Source: Eledone cirrhosa (Eukaryota). From it: a stretch of DNA of 64,000 nucleotides. Numbering within the stretch: position 1 is the first letter of the stretch; each line of letters starts with the position of its first letter. The stretch is from contig OZ024742.1 in the NCBI GenBank assembly GCA_964016885.1, positions 374,976,001 through 375,040,000 of the forward strand. Direction: 5' to 3'. The position numbers and the translations under genes were made by a program. Shown piece after piece: positions 14,501 to 27,000 of the stretch. The notes below the pieces were generated by a model. It saw only the letters and a program-made list of their open reading frames with translations, was not told the DNA's origin and searched no databases.

Positions 14501-16300
14501 GGGTCCTGACAGTGTCTGGTGACCTTACAGCGTGGTAGGGGTATTGACAGTGTATCGTGACCTTACAGGGTGGTAGGGGTACTGAAAGTGTCTGGTGACC
14601 TTACAGGGTGGTAGGGGCATTGACAGTGTCTGGTGACCTTACAGGGTGGTAGGGGTGTTGACGATGTCTGGTGAACTTACAGGGTGGTAGGGGTGTTGAC
14701 AGTGTCTGGTGACCTTACAGGGTGGTAGGGTTATTGACAATGTCTGGTGACCTTACAGGGTGGTAAGGGTGTTGACAGTGTCTGATGACCTTACAGGGTG
14801 GTAGGGATATTGACAGTGTCTGGTGACTTTACAGGGTGGTAGGGGTATTGACAATGTTTGTTGACCTTACAGGGTGGTAGGGGAATTGACAGTGTATGGT
14901 GACCTTACAGGGTTTTTGGGGCATTGACAGTGTCTGTTGACCCTACAGGGTGGTAGGGGTATTGACAGTGTATGGTGACATTACAGGGTGGTAGGGGTAT
15001 TGACAGTGTATGGTGAACTTACAGGGTGGTAGGGGTATTGACAGTCTATGGTGACCCTACAGGGTGGTAGGGGCAATGACAGTGTATGGTGACCTTACAG
15101 GGTGGTAGGGGTATTGACAATGTATGGTGACCCCACAGGGTGGTAGGGGCATTGACAGTGTATGGTGACCCTACAGGGTGGTAGGAGTATTGACAGTGTA
15201 CGGTGAGCCTACAGGGTGGTAGGTGCATTGACAGTGTATGGTGACCTTACAGGGTGGTAGGGGTATTGACAGTGTATGGTGACCTTACAGGGTGGTAGTG
15301 GTATTGACAGTGTCTGGTGACCTTACAGGCTGGTAGGGGTATTGACAGTGTCTGGTGACCTTACAGGCTGGTATGGGTCTTGACAGTGTCTGGTAACCTT
15401 ACAGCGTGGTAGGGATATTGACAGTGTCTGGGGATCTTACAGGGTGGTAGGGGTATTGACAGTGTAGGGTGAACCTACAGGTTGGTAGGGGCATTGACAG
15501 TGTATGGTGACCCTACAGGGTGGTAGGGGAATTGACAGTGTATGGTGACCCTAAAGGGTGGTATGGGTATTGACAGTGTATGCTGACGTTACAGGGTGGT
15601 AGGGGCATTGACAGTGTCTGGTGACCTTACAGGGTGGTAGGGGCATTGACAGTGTATGGTGACCTTACAGGGTGGTAGGGGTATTGACAGTGTCTGGTGA
15701 CCTTACAGGGTGGTAGGGGTATTGACAGTGTCTGGTGTCCTGACAGGCTGGTAGGGGTATTGACAGTGTCTGGTGACCTTACAGGCTGGTAGGGGTCTTG
15801 ACAGTGTCTGGTGGCCTTACAGGGTGGTAGGGTTATTGACAATGTCTGGTGACCTTACAGGGTGGTCGGGGTATTGACAGGGTATGGTGACCTTAAAGGG
15901 TGGTAGGGGCATTGACAGTGTCTGGTGACCTTACAGGTTGGTAAGGGGTTGACAGTGTCTGATGACCCTACAAGGTGGTAGGGGCATTGACAGTGTATGG
16001 TGACCCTACAGGGCGGTTGGCGCATTGATAGTGTATGGTGACATTACAGGGTGGTAGGGGTATTGACAGTGTAGGGTGACCCTACAGGATGGTAGGGGCA
16101 TTGACAGTGTATGGTGACCCTACAGGGTGGTAGGGGAATTGACAGTGTATGGTGACCCTAAAGGGTGCTAGGAGTATTGACAGTGTATGGTCACTTTACA
16201 GGGTTGTAGGGGCATTGACAGTGTATGGTGGCCCTACAGGGTGGTAGGGGTATTGACAGTGTATGGTGACCCTACAGGGTGGTAGGTTCATTGACAGTGT
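11550..16300 (+). repeat. Tandem higher-order duplication: ~11550-14135 and a shorter copy ~14135-16300
   Basis: Markers: ACATTTTCTG 11621/14205 (offset 2584 = 68x38), GTACTGAAAG 12185/14579 (2394 = 63x38), ACAGGGTTTTTGGGG 12741/14907 (2166 = 57x38) and GTTCATTG 14121/16286. Confidence 0.9.
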
Positions 16301-19300
16301 ATGGTGACCTTACAGGGTGGTAGGGGTATTGACAGTGTCTGCTGACCCTACAGGGTGGTATGGGAATTCACAGTGTATGGTGAACTTACAGGGTGGTAGG
16401 GGTATTGACAGTGTCTGGTGACCTTACAGGGTGGTAGGGGTATTGACAGTGTTTGGTGACCTTACAGGGTGGTAGGGGTATTGACAGTGTATGGTGAACT
16501 TACAGGGTGGTAGGGGCATTGACAGTCCATGGTGACCTTACAGGGTGGTAGGGGTATTGTCAATGTATGGTGATCCTACAGGGTGGTAGGGGCATTGACA
16601 GAGTATGGTGACCCTACAGGGTGGTAGGGGTATTGACAGTGAATGGTGACCCTACAGGGTGGTAGGTGCATTGACAGTGTATGGTGACCTTACAGGGTCG
16701 TAGGGGTATTGACAGTGTATGGTGAACCTACAGGGTGGTAGGGGTATTGACAGTGTATTGTGATCCTACAGGGTGATAGGGGCATTGAGAGTGTATGGTG
16801 ACCCTACAGGGTGGTAGGGGCATTGACAGTGTATGCTGACCTTACAGGGTGGTAGGGCTATTTGCAGCGTCTGGTGACCTTACAGGGTGGTAGGGGTATT
16901 GACAGTCTATGGTGACCTTACAGGATGGTAGGGGCAATGACAGTGTCTGGTGACCTTACAGGTTGGTGGGGGTGTTGACAGTGTCTGTTGACTTTACAGG
17001 GTGGTAGGGGTATTGACAGTGTCTGGTGCCCTTACAGGGTGGTAGGGGTATTGACAGTGTCTGGTGACCTTACAGGGTGGTAGGGGCATTGACAGTGTCT
17101 GGTGACCTTACAGGGTGGTAGGTATGCTGACAGTCTCTAGTGACCTTACAGGGTGGTAGGTGTGTTGACAGTGTCTGGTGACCTTACAGGGGGTAGGGGC
17201 ATTGACCCTGTCTGGTGACCCTACAGGGTGGTAGGCGCATTGACAGTATATGGTGACCTTACAGGGTGGTATGGGCATTGACAGTGTATGGTGACCCTAC
17301 AGGGTGGTCGGGGAATTGACAATGTATGGTGACCCTAAAGGGTGGTAGGGGTATTGACAGTGTATGGTGACCTTACAGGGTGGTAGGGGCAATGACAGTG
17401 TATGGTGGCCCTACAGGGTGGTAGGGGTATTGACAGTGTATGGTGACCCTACAGGGTGGTATGTGCATTGACAGTGTATGGTGACCTTACAGGGTGGTAG
17501 GGGTATTGACAGTGAATGGTGACCGTACAGGGTTGTAGGGGAATTGACAGTGTCTAGTGACCCTACAGGGTGGTAGGGGTATTGACAGTGTATGGTGACC
17601 CTACAGGGTGGCAGGGACATTGACAGTGTATGGTGACCTTACAGGGTTGTAGGGCATTGACAGTGTATGTTGACCTTACAGGGTGGTAGTGGTATTGACA
17701 GTGTCTGGTGACCTTACAGGCTGGTAGGGGTATTGACAGTGTCTGGTGACCTTACAGGCTGGTATGGGTCTTGACAGTGTCTGGTAACCGTACAGCGTGG
17801 TAGGGATATTGACAGTGTCTGGGGATCTTACAGGGTGGTAGGGGTATTGACAGTGTATGGTGACCCTACAGGGTGGTAGGGGAATTGACAGTGTATGGTG
17901 ACCCTAAAGGGTGGTATGGGTATTGACAGTGTATGCTGACGTTACAGGGTGGTAGGGGCATTGACAGTGTCTGGTGACCTTACAGGGTGGTAGGGGCATT
18001 GAAAGTGTATGGTGACCTTACAGGGTGGTAGGGGTATTGACAGTGTCTGGTGACCTTACAGGGTGGTAGGGGTATTGACAGTGTCTGGTGTCCTGACAGG
18101 CTGGTAGGGGTATTGACAGTGTCTGGTGACCTTACAGGCTGGTAGGGGTCTTGACAGTGTCTGGTGGCCTTACAGGGTGGTAGGGTTATTGACAATGTCT
18201 GGTGACCTTACAGGGTGGTCGGGGTATTGACAGGGTATGGTGACCTTAAAGGGTGGTAGGGGCATTGACAGTGTCTGGGGACCTTACAGGTTGGTAAGGG
18301 TGTTGACAGTGTCTGATGACCCTACAAGGTGGTAGGGGCATTGACAGTGTATGGTGACCCTACAGGGCGGATGGCGCATTGACAGTGTATGGTGACATTA
18401 CAGGGTGGTAGGGGTATTGACAGTGTAGGGTGACCCTACAGGATGGTAGGGGCATTGACAGTGTATGGTGACCCTACAGGGTGGTAGGGGAATTGACAGT
18501 GTATGGTGACCCTAAAGGGTGCTAGGAGTATTGACAGTGTATGGTCACTTTACAGGGTTGTAGGGGCATTGACAGTGTATGGTGGCCCTACAGGGTGGTA
18601 GGGGTATTGACAGTGTATGGTGACCCTACAGGGTGGTAGGTTCATTGACAGTGTATGGTGACCTTACAGGGTGGTAGGGGTATTGACAGTGTCTGCTGAC
18701 CCTACAGGGTGGTATGGGAATTCACAGTGTATGGTGAACTTACAGGGTGGTAGGGGTATTGACAGTGTCTGGTGACCTTACAGGGTGGTAGGGGTATTGA
18801 CAGTGTTTGGTGACCTTACAGGGTGGTAGGGGTATTGACAGTGTATGGTGAACTTACAGGGTGGTAGGGGCATTGACAGTCCATGGTGACCTTACAGGGT
18901 GGTAGGGGTATTGTCAATGTATGGTGATCCTACAGGGTGGTAGGGGCATTGACAGAGTATGGTGACCCTACAGGGTGGTAGGGGTATTGACAGTGAATGG
19001 TGACCCTACAGGGTGGTACGTGCATTGACAGTGTATGGTGACCTTACAGGGTCGTAGGGGTATTGACAGTGTATGGTGAACCTACAGGGTGGTAGGGGTA
19101 TTGACAGTGTATTGTGATCCTACAGGGTGGTAGGGGCATTGAGAGTGTATGGTGACCCTACAGGGTGGTAGGGGCATTGACAGTGTATGCTGACCTTACA
19201 GGGTGGTAGGGCTATTTGCAGCGTCTGGTGACCTTACAGGGTGGTAGGGGTATTGACAGTCTATGGTGACCTTACAGGATGGTAGGGGCAATGACAGTGT

Positions 19301-20040
19301 CTGGTGACCTTACAGGTTGGTGGGGGTGTTGACAGTGTCTGTTGACTTTACAGGGTGGTAGGGGTATTGACAGTGTCTGGTGCCCTTACAGGGTGGTAGG
19401 GGTATTGACAGTGTCTGGTGACCTTACAGGGTGGTAGGGGCATTGACAGTGTCTGGTGACCTTACAGGATGGTAGGTATGCTGACAGTCTCTAGTGACCT
19501 TACAGGGTGGTAGGTGTGTTGACAGTGTCTGGTGACCTTACAGGGGGTAGGGGCATTGACCCTGTCTGGTGACCCTACAGGGTGGTAGGCGCATTGACAG
19601 TATATGGTGACCTTACAGGGTGGTAGGGGCATTGACAGTGTATGGTGACCCTACAGGGTGGTCGGGGAATTGACAATGTATGGTGACCCTAAAGGGTGGT
19701 AGGGGTATTGACAGTGTATGGTGACCTTACAGGGTGGTAGGGGCAATGACAGTGTATGGTGGCCCTACAGGGTGGTAGGGGTATTGACAGTGTATGGTGA
19801 CCCTACAGGGTGGTATGTGCATTGACAGTGTATGGTGACCTTACAGGGTGGTAGGGGTATTGACAGTGAATGGTGACCGTACAGGGTTGTAGGGGAATTG
19901 ACAGTGTCTAGTGACCCTACAGGGTGGTAGGGGTATTGACAGTGTATGGTGACCCTACAGGGTGGCAGGGACATTGACAGTGTATGGTGACCTTACAGGG
20001 TTGTAGGGCATTGACAGTGTATGTTGACCTTACAGGGTGG
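15280..20040 (+). repeat. Tandem higher-order duplication with period ~2354 bp (62 monomers): ~15280-17680 and ~17680-20040
   Basis: ORF-track peptides match at 15627/17980 (one residue differs) and 17411/19765 (identical). Shared markers include GGCTATTTGCAGCG, GGAATTCACAG, ATTGACCCTG and a 1-bp deletion monomer ACAGGGGGTAGG. Confidence 0.92.
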
Positions 20041-23000
20041 TAGGGGCATTGACAGTGTCTGGTGACCTTACAGGGTGGTAGGAGTATTGACAGTGTCTGG
20101 TGACCTTACAGGGTGGTAGGGTCATTGACAATGTCTGGTGACCTTACAGGGTGGTAGGGGCATTGACAGTGTATGGTGACCTTACAGGGTGGTAGGGGCA
20201 TTGACAGTGTCTGGTGACCTTACAGGGTGGTAGGTGTATTGACAGTGCATGGTAATCCTACAGGGTGGTAGTGTTATTGAAAGTGTGTGGTGACCTTACA
20301 GGGTGGTAGGGGTATTGACAGTGTCTCGTGACCTTACAGGGTGGTAGGGGCATTGACAGTGCCTGGTGACCTTACAGGGTGGTAGGGGTATTGACAGTGT
20401 CTGGTGACCTTACAGGGTGGTAGGGGTATTGACAGTGTCTGGTGACCCTACAGGGTGGTAGGGGCATTGACAGTGTCTGGTGACCTTACAGGCTGGTAGG
20501 GGTATTGACAGTGTCTGGTGACCTTACAGGGTGGTAGGGTTATTGATAGTGTATGGTGAACCTAAAGGGTGGTAGGGGTATTGACAGTGTATTGTGATCC
20601 TACAGGGTGGTAAGGGCATTGACAGTGTATGGTGACCCTACAGGGTGGTAGGGGCATTGACAGTGTCTGGTGAACCTACAGAGTGGTAGGGGCATTGACA
20701 GTGTATGGTGACCTTACAGGGTGGTAGGGGCATTGACAGTGTCTGGTGACCTTACAGGGTGGTAGGGGCATTGACAGTGTGTGGTGACCCTACAGGGTGT
20801 TAGGGGCATTGAGAGTGTCTGGTGACCTTACAGGGTGGTAGGGGTATTGATAGTGTCTGCTGACCCTACATGGTAGTAGGGGCATTGACAGTGTCTGGTG
20901 ACCTTACAGGGTGGTAGGGGTATTGACAGTGTATGGTGATCTTACAGGGTGGTAGGGTTGTTGACAGTGTCTGGTGATCTTACAGGGTGGTAGGAGTATT
21001 GACAGTGTCTGCTGACCTCTCAGGGTGGTGTGGCTATTGACAGTGTCTGGTGACCTTACAGGCTGGTAGGGGTATTGACAGTGTCTGGTGACCTTACAGG
21101 CTGGTAGGGGTCTTGACAGTGTATGGTGACCTTACAGGGTGGTAGTGGTATTGACAGTGTCTGGTGACTTTACAGGGTGATAGGGGTATTGACAGTGTAT
21201 GGTGACCCTACAGGGTGGTATGTGCATTGACAGTGTATGGTGACCTTACAGGGTGGTAGGGGTATTGACAGTGAATGGTGACCGTACAGGGTTGTAGGGG
21301 AATTGACAGTGTCTAGTGACCCTACAGGGTGGTAGGGGTATTGACAGTGTATGGTGACCCTACAGGGTGGCAGGGACATTGACAGTGTATGGTGACCTTA
21401 CAGGGTTGTAGGGCATTGACAGTGTATGTTGACCTTACAGGGTGGTAGGGGCATTGACAGTGTCTGGTGACCTTACAGGGTGGTAGGAGTATTGACAGTG
21501 TCTGGTGACCTTACAGGGTGGTAGGGTCATTGACAGTGTCTGGTGACCTTACAGGGTGGTAGGAGTATTGACAGTGTCTGGTGACCTTACAGGGTGGTAG
21601 GGTCATTGACAATGTCTGGTGACCTTACAGGGTGGTAGGGGCATTGACAGTGTATGGTGACCTTACAGGGTGGTAGGGGCATTGACAGTGTCTGGTGACC
21701 TTACAGGGTGGTAGGTGTATTGACAGTGCATGGTAATCCTACAGGGTGGTAGTGTTATTGAAAGTGTGTGGTGACCTTACAGGGTGGTAGGGGTATTGAC
21801 AGTGTCTCGTGACCTTACAGGGTGGTAGGGGCATTGACAGTGCCTGGTGACCTTACAGGGTGGTAGGGGTATTGACAGTGTCTGGTGACCTTACAGGGTG
21901 GTAGGGGTATTGACAGTGTCTGGTGACCCTACAGGGTGGTAGGGGCATTGACAGTGTCTGGTGACCTTACAGGCTGGTAGGGGTATTGACAGTGTCTGGT
22001 GACCTTACAGGGTGGTAGGGTTATTGATAGTGTATGGTGAACCTAAAGGGTGGTAGGGGTATTGACAGTGTATTGTGATCCTACAGGGTGGTAAGGGCAT
22101 TGACAGTGTATGGTGACCCTACAGGGTGGTAGGGGCATTGACAGTGTCTGGTGAACCTACAGAGTGGTAGGGGCATTGACAGTGTATGGTGACCTTACAG
22201 GGTGGTAGGGGCATTGACAGTGTCTGGTGACCTTACAGGGTGGTAGGGGCATTGACAGTGTGTGGTGACCCTACAGGGTGTTAGGGGCATTGAGAGTGTC
22301 TGGTGACCTTACAGGGTGGTAGGGGTATTGATAGTGTCTGCTGACCCTACATGGTAGTAGGGGCATTGACAGTGTCTGGTGACCTTACAGGGTGGTAGGG
22401 GTATTGACAGTGTATGGTGATCTTACAGGGTGGTAGGGTTGTTGACAGTGTCTGGTGATCTTACAGGGTGGTAGGAGTATTGACAGTGTCTGCTGACCTC
22501 TCAGGGTGGTGTGGCTATTGACAGTGTCTGGTGACCTTACAGGCTGGTAGGGGTATTGACAGTGTCTGGTGACCTTACAGGCTGGTAGGGGTCTTGACAG
22601 TGTATGGTGACCTTACAGGGTGGTAGTGGTATTGACAGTGTCTGGTGACTTTACAGGGTGATAGGGGTATTGACAGTGTATGGTGACCCTACAGGGTGGT
22701 ATGTGCATTGACAGTGTATGGTGACCTTACAGGGTGGTAGGGGTATTGACAGTGAATGGTGACCGTACAGGGTTGTAGGGGAATTGACAGTGTCTAGTGA
22801 CCCTACAGGGTGGTAGGGGTATTGACAGTGTATGGTGACCCTACAGGGTGGCAGGGACATTGACAGTGTATGGTGACCTTACAGGGTTGTAGGGCATTGA
22901 CAGTGTATGTTGACCTTACAGGGTGGTAGGGGCATTGACAGTGTCTGGTGACCTTACAGGGTGGTAGGAGTATTGACAGTGTCTGGTGACCTTACAGGGT

Positions 23001-24080
23001 GGTAGGGTCATTGACAATGTCTGGTGCCCTTACAGGGTGGTAGTGGCATTGACAGTGTATGGTGACCTTACAGGGTGGTAGGGGCATTGACAGTGTCTGG
23101 TGACCTTACAGGGTGGTAGGTGTATTGACAGTGCATGGTAATCCTACAGGGTGGTAGTGTTATTGAAAGTGTGTGGTGACCTTACAGGGTGGTAGGGGTA
23201 TTGACAGTGTCTCGTGACCTTACAGGGTGGTAGGGGCATTGACAGTGCCTGGTGACCTTACAGGGTGGTAGGGGTATTGACAGTGTCTGGTGACCTTACA
23301 GGGTGGTAGGGGTATTGACAGTGTCTGGTGACCCTACAGGGTGGTAGGGGCATTGACAGTGTCTGGTGACCTTACAGGCTGGTAGGGGTATTGACAGTGT
23401 CTGGTGACCTTACAGGGTGGTAGGGTCATTGATAGTGTATGGTGAACCTAAAGGGTGGTAGGGGTATTGACAGTGTATTGTGATCCTACAGGGTGGTAAG
23501 GGCATTGACAGTGTATGGTGACCCTACAGGGTGGTAGGGGCATTGACAGTGTCTGGTGAACCTACAGAGTGGTAGGGGTATTGACAGTGTATGGTGACCT
23601 TACAGGGTGGTAGGGGCATTGACAGTGTCTGGTGACCTTACAGGGTGGTAGGGGCATTGACAGTGTGTGGTGACCCTACAGGGTGTTAGGGGCATTGAGA
23701 GTGTCTGGTGACCTTACAGGGTGGTAGGGGTATTGATAGTGTCTGCTGACCCTACATGGTAGTAGGGGCATTGACAGTGTCTGGTGACCTTACAGGGTGG
23801 TAGGGGTATTGACAGTGTATGGTGATCTTACAGGGTGGTAGGGTTGTTGACAGTGTCTGGTGATGTTACAGGGTGGTAGGAGTATTGACAGTGTCTGGTG
23901 ACCTCTCAGGGTGGTGTGGCTATTGACAGTGTCTGGTGACCTTACAGGCTGGTAGGGGTATTGACAGTGTCTGGTGACCTTACAGGCTGGTAGGGGTCTT
24001 GACAGTGTATGGTGAACTTACAGGGTGGTAGTGGTATTGACAGTGTCTGGTGACTTTACAGGGTGATAGGGGTATTGACA
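19770..24080 (+). repeat. Three tandem copies of a 37-monomer (~1405 bp) higher-order unit; the middle copy has 39 monomers (1481 bp)
   Basis: Equivalent positions at 19765, 21170, 22651 and 24056. The markers TGCATGGTAATCC, GTGTTATTGAAAG, ACATGGTAGTAGG and CTCTCAGGGTGGTGTGGCT each occur once per copy. Confidence 0.95.
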
Positions 24081-27000
24081 GTGTATGGTGACCTTACAGG
24101 GTGGTAGGGTGTTGACAGTGTCTGATGACCTTACAGGGTGGTAGGGGTATTGACAATGTATGGTGGCCCTACAGGGTTGTAGGGGCATCGACAGTGTCTG
24201 GTGAACTTACAGGGTGGTAGGGGTGTTGACAGTGTCTGGTGACCTTACAGGGTGGTAGGGGCGTGGACAGTGTCTGGTGACCTTACAGGGTGGTAGGGGC
24301 ATTGACAGTGTATGGTGACCTTACAGGGTGGTAGGGGTATTGACAGTGTTTGGTGACCCTACAGGGTGGTAGGGGGATTGACAGTGTATGGTGACTTTAC
24401 AGGGTGGTAGGTGTATTGACAGTGTATGGTGATCCTACAGGGTGGTAGGGGCAATTACAGTGTATGGTGGCCCTAGAGGGTGGTAGGGGTATTGACAGTG
24501 TATGGTGACGTTACAGGGTGGTAGGGGTATTAACAGCGTATGGTCAACCTACAGGGTGGTAGGGGTATTGACAGTGTATGGTGACCCTACAGTGTGGTAG
24601 GGGCATCGACAGTGTATGGTGCTCTACAGGGTGGTAGGGGTATTGACAGTGTATGGTGACCTTACAGGGTGGTAGGGGTATTGACAGTGTATGGTGACCT
24701 TACAGGGTGGTAGGAGTATTTACAGTGTCTGGTGACCTCTGAGGGTGGTAGGGCTATTGACAGTGTCTGCAGACCTTACAGGGTGGTAGGGGTATTGACA
24801 GTGTATGGTGACCTTACAGGGTGGTAGGGGTATTGAAAATGTATGGTGACCCTACAGGGTGTTAGGGGCATTGACAGTGTTTGGTGAACTTACAGGGTGG
24901 GAGGTTTATTGACAGTGTCTGGTGACCCTACCAGGTGGTAGGGGCGATGACAGTGTATGGTGACCTTACAGGGTTGTAGGGCATTGACAGTGTATGGTGA
25001 CCTTACAAGGTGGTAGGGGCATTGACAGTGTCTGGTGACCTTACAGGGTGGTAGGGGCATTGACAGTGTCTGGTGACCTTACAGGGTGGTAGGGGCATTG
25101 ACAGTGTATGGTGACCTTACAGGGTGGTAGGGGCATTGACAGTGTCTGGTGACCCTACAGGGTGTTAGGGGCATTGACAGTGTCTGGTGACCCTACAGGG
25201 TGGTTGGGGCATTGACAGTGTATGGTGATCTTACAGGGTTGTAGGGCATTGACAGTGTATGGTTACCTTACAGGGTGGTAGGGGCATTGATAGTGTCTGG
25301 TGACCTTACAGGGTGGTAGGTGTATTGACAGTGCATGGTGATCCTACAGAGTGGTAGGGGTATTGACAGTGTCTGGTGACCTTACAGGGTGGTAGGGGTA
25401 TTGACAGTGTCTGGTGACCTTACAGGGTGGTAGGGATATTGACAGTGTCTGGTGACCTTACAGGGTGGTAGGGGCATTGACAGTGTCTGGTGAACTTACA
25501 GGGTGGTAGGGGCATTGACAGTGTCTGGTGACCCTACAGGGTGTTAGGGGCATTGACAGTGTTTGGTGACCTTACAGGGTGGTAGGGGTATTAAGAGTGT
25601 CTGGTGACCGAAAGGGTGGTAGGGGCATTGACAGTGTCTGTTCACCTTACAGGGTGGTAAGGGTATTGACCGTGTCTGGTGACCCTACAGGGTGGTAGGG
25701 GTATTGACAGTGTATGGTGACCTTACAGGGTGGTAGGAGTATTGACAGTGTCTGGTGAGCTCTCAGGGTGGTAGGGCTGTTGACAGTGTCTGGTGACCTT
25801 ACAGGGTGGTAGGGGTATTGACTGTGTATGGTGACCTTACAGGGTGGTAGGGGTATTGACAATGTATGGTGACCTTACAGGGTGGGAGGGGTATTGACAG
25901 TGTCGGTGACCTTACAGGGTGGTAGGGGTATTGACATTGTATGGTGACCTTACAGGATTGCAGGGCATTGACGGTGTATGGTGACCTTACAGGGTGGTAG
26001 GGGCATTGATAGTGTCTTGTACCTTACAGGGTGGTAGGGTTATTGACAGTGTATGGTGACCCTACAGGGTGGTAGGGGCATTGACAGTGTATGGTGACCT
26101 TACAGAGTGGTAGGGTATTGACAGTGTCTGAGACCTTACAGTTTGGTAGGGGCATTGACAGTGTTTGGTGACCTTACAGCGTGAGAGGGGTATTGACAGT
26201 GTCTGGTGACCCTACAGGGTGGTAGAGGTATTGACAGTGTATGGTGACCTTACAGGGTGGTAGGGGTATTGGCAGTATCTGGTTACCCTGCAGGGTGGTA
26301 GGGGTATTGACAGTGTATGGTGACCTTACAGCGTGGTAACGGTATTGACAGTGTCTGGTGACCTTACAGCGTGATAGGGGTATTGACAGTGTCTGGTGAC
26401 CCTACAGGGTAGTAGAGGTATTGACAGTGTCTGGTGACCCTACAGGGTGGTAGGCATATTGACGGTGTCTGGTGACCCTACAGGGTGGTAGGGGTATTGA
26501 CAGTGTCTGGTGACCTTATAAGGTGGTAGGGGCATTGACAGTGTATGGTGACCTTACAGGGTGGTAGGGGTATTGACAGTGTATGGTGAGCCTACAGGGT
26601 GGTAGGGGTATTGACAGTGTCTGGTGACCTTACAGGGTGGTACGCTTATTGACAGTGTATGGTGACCCTACAGGGTAGTAGGTGTATTGACAGTGTATGG
26701 TGACCCTACAGGGTGGTAGGGACATTGACAGTGTATGGTGACCTTACAGGGTGGTAGGGGCATTGACAGTGTCTGATGACCTTACAGGGTGGTAGGGGTA
26801 TTGACATTGTCTGGTGATCTTACATGTTGGTAGGGGCATTGACAGTGTCTGGTGATCTTACAGTGTGGCAGGGGTATTGACAGTGTCTGGTGACCCTACA
26901 GGGTGGTAGAGGTATTGACAGTGTCTGGTTGTCCTACAGGGTGGTAGGGGTATTGACAGTGTCTGGTGACCCTATAGTGTGGTAGGGACATTGACAGTGT

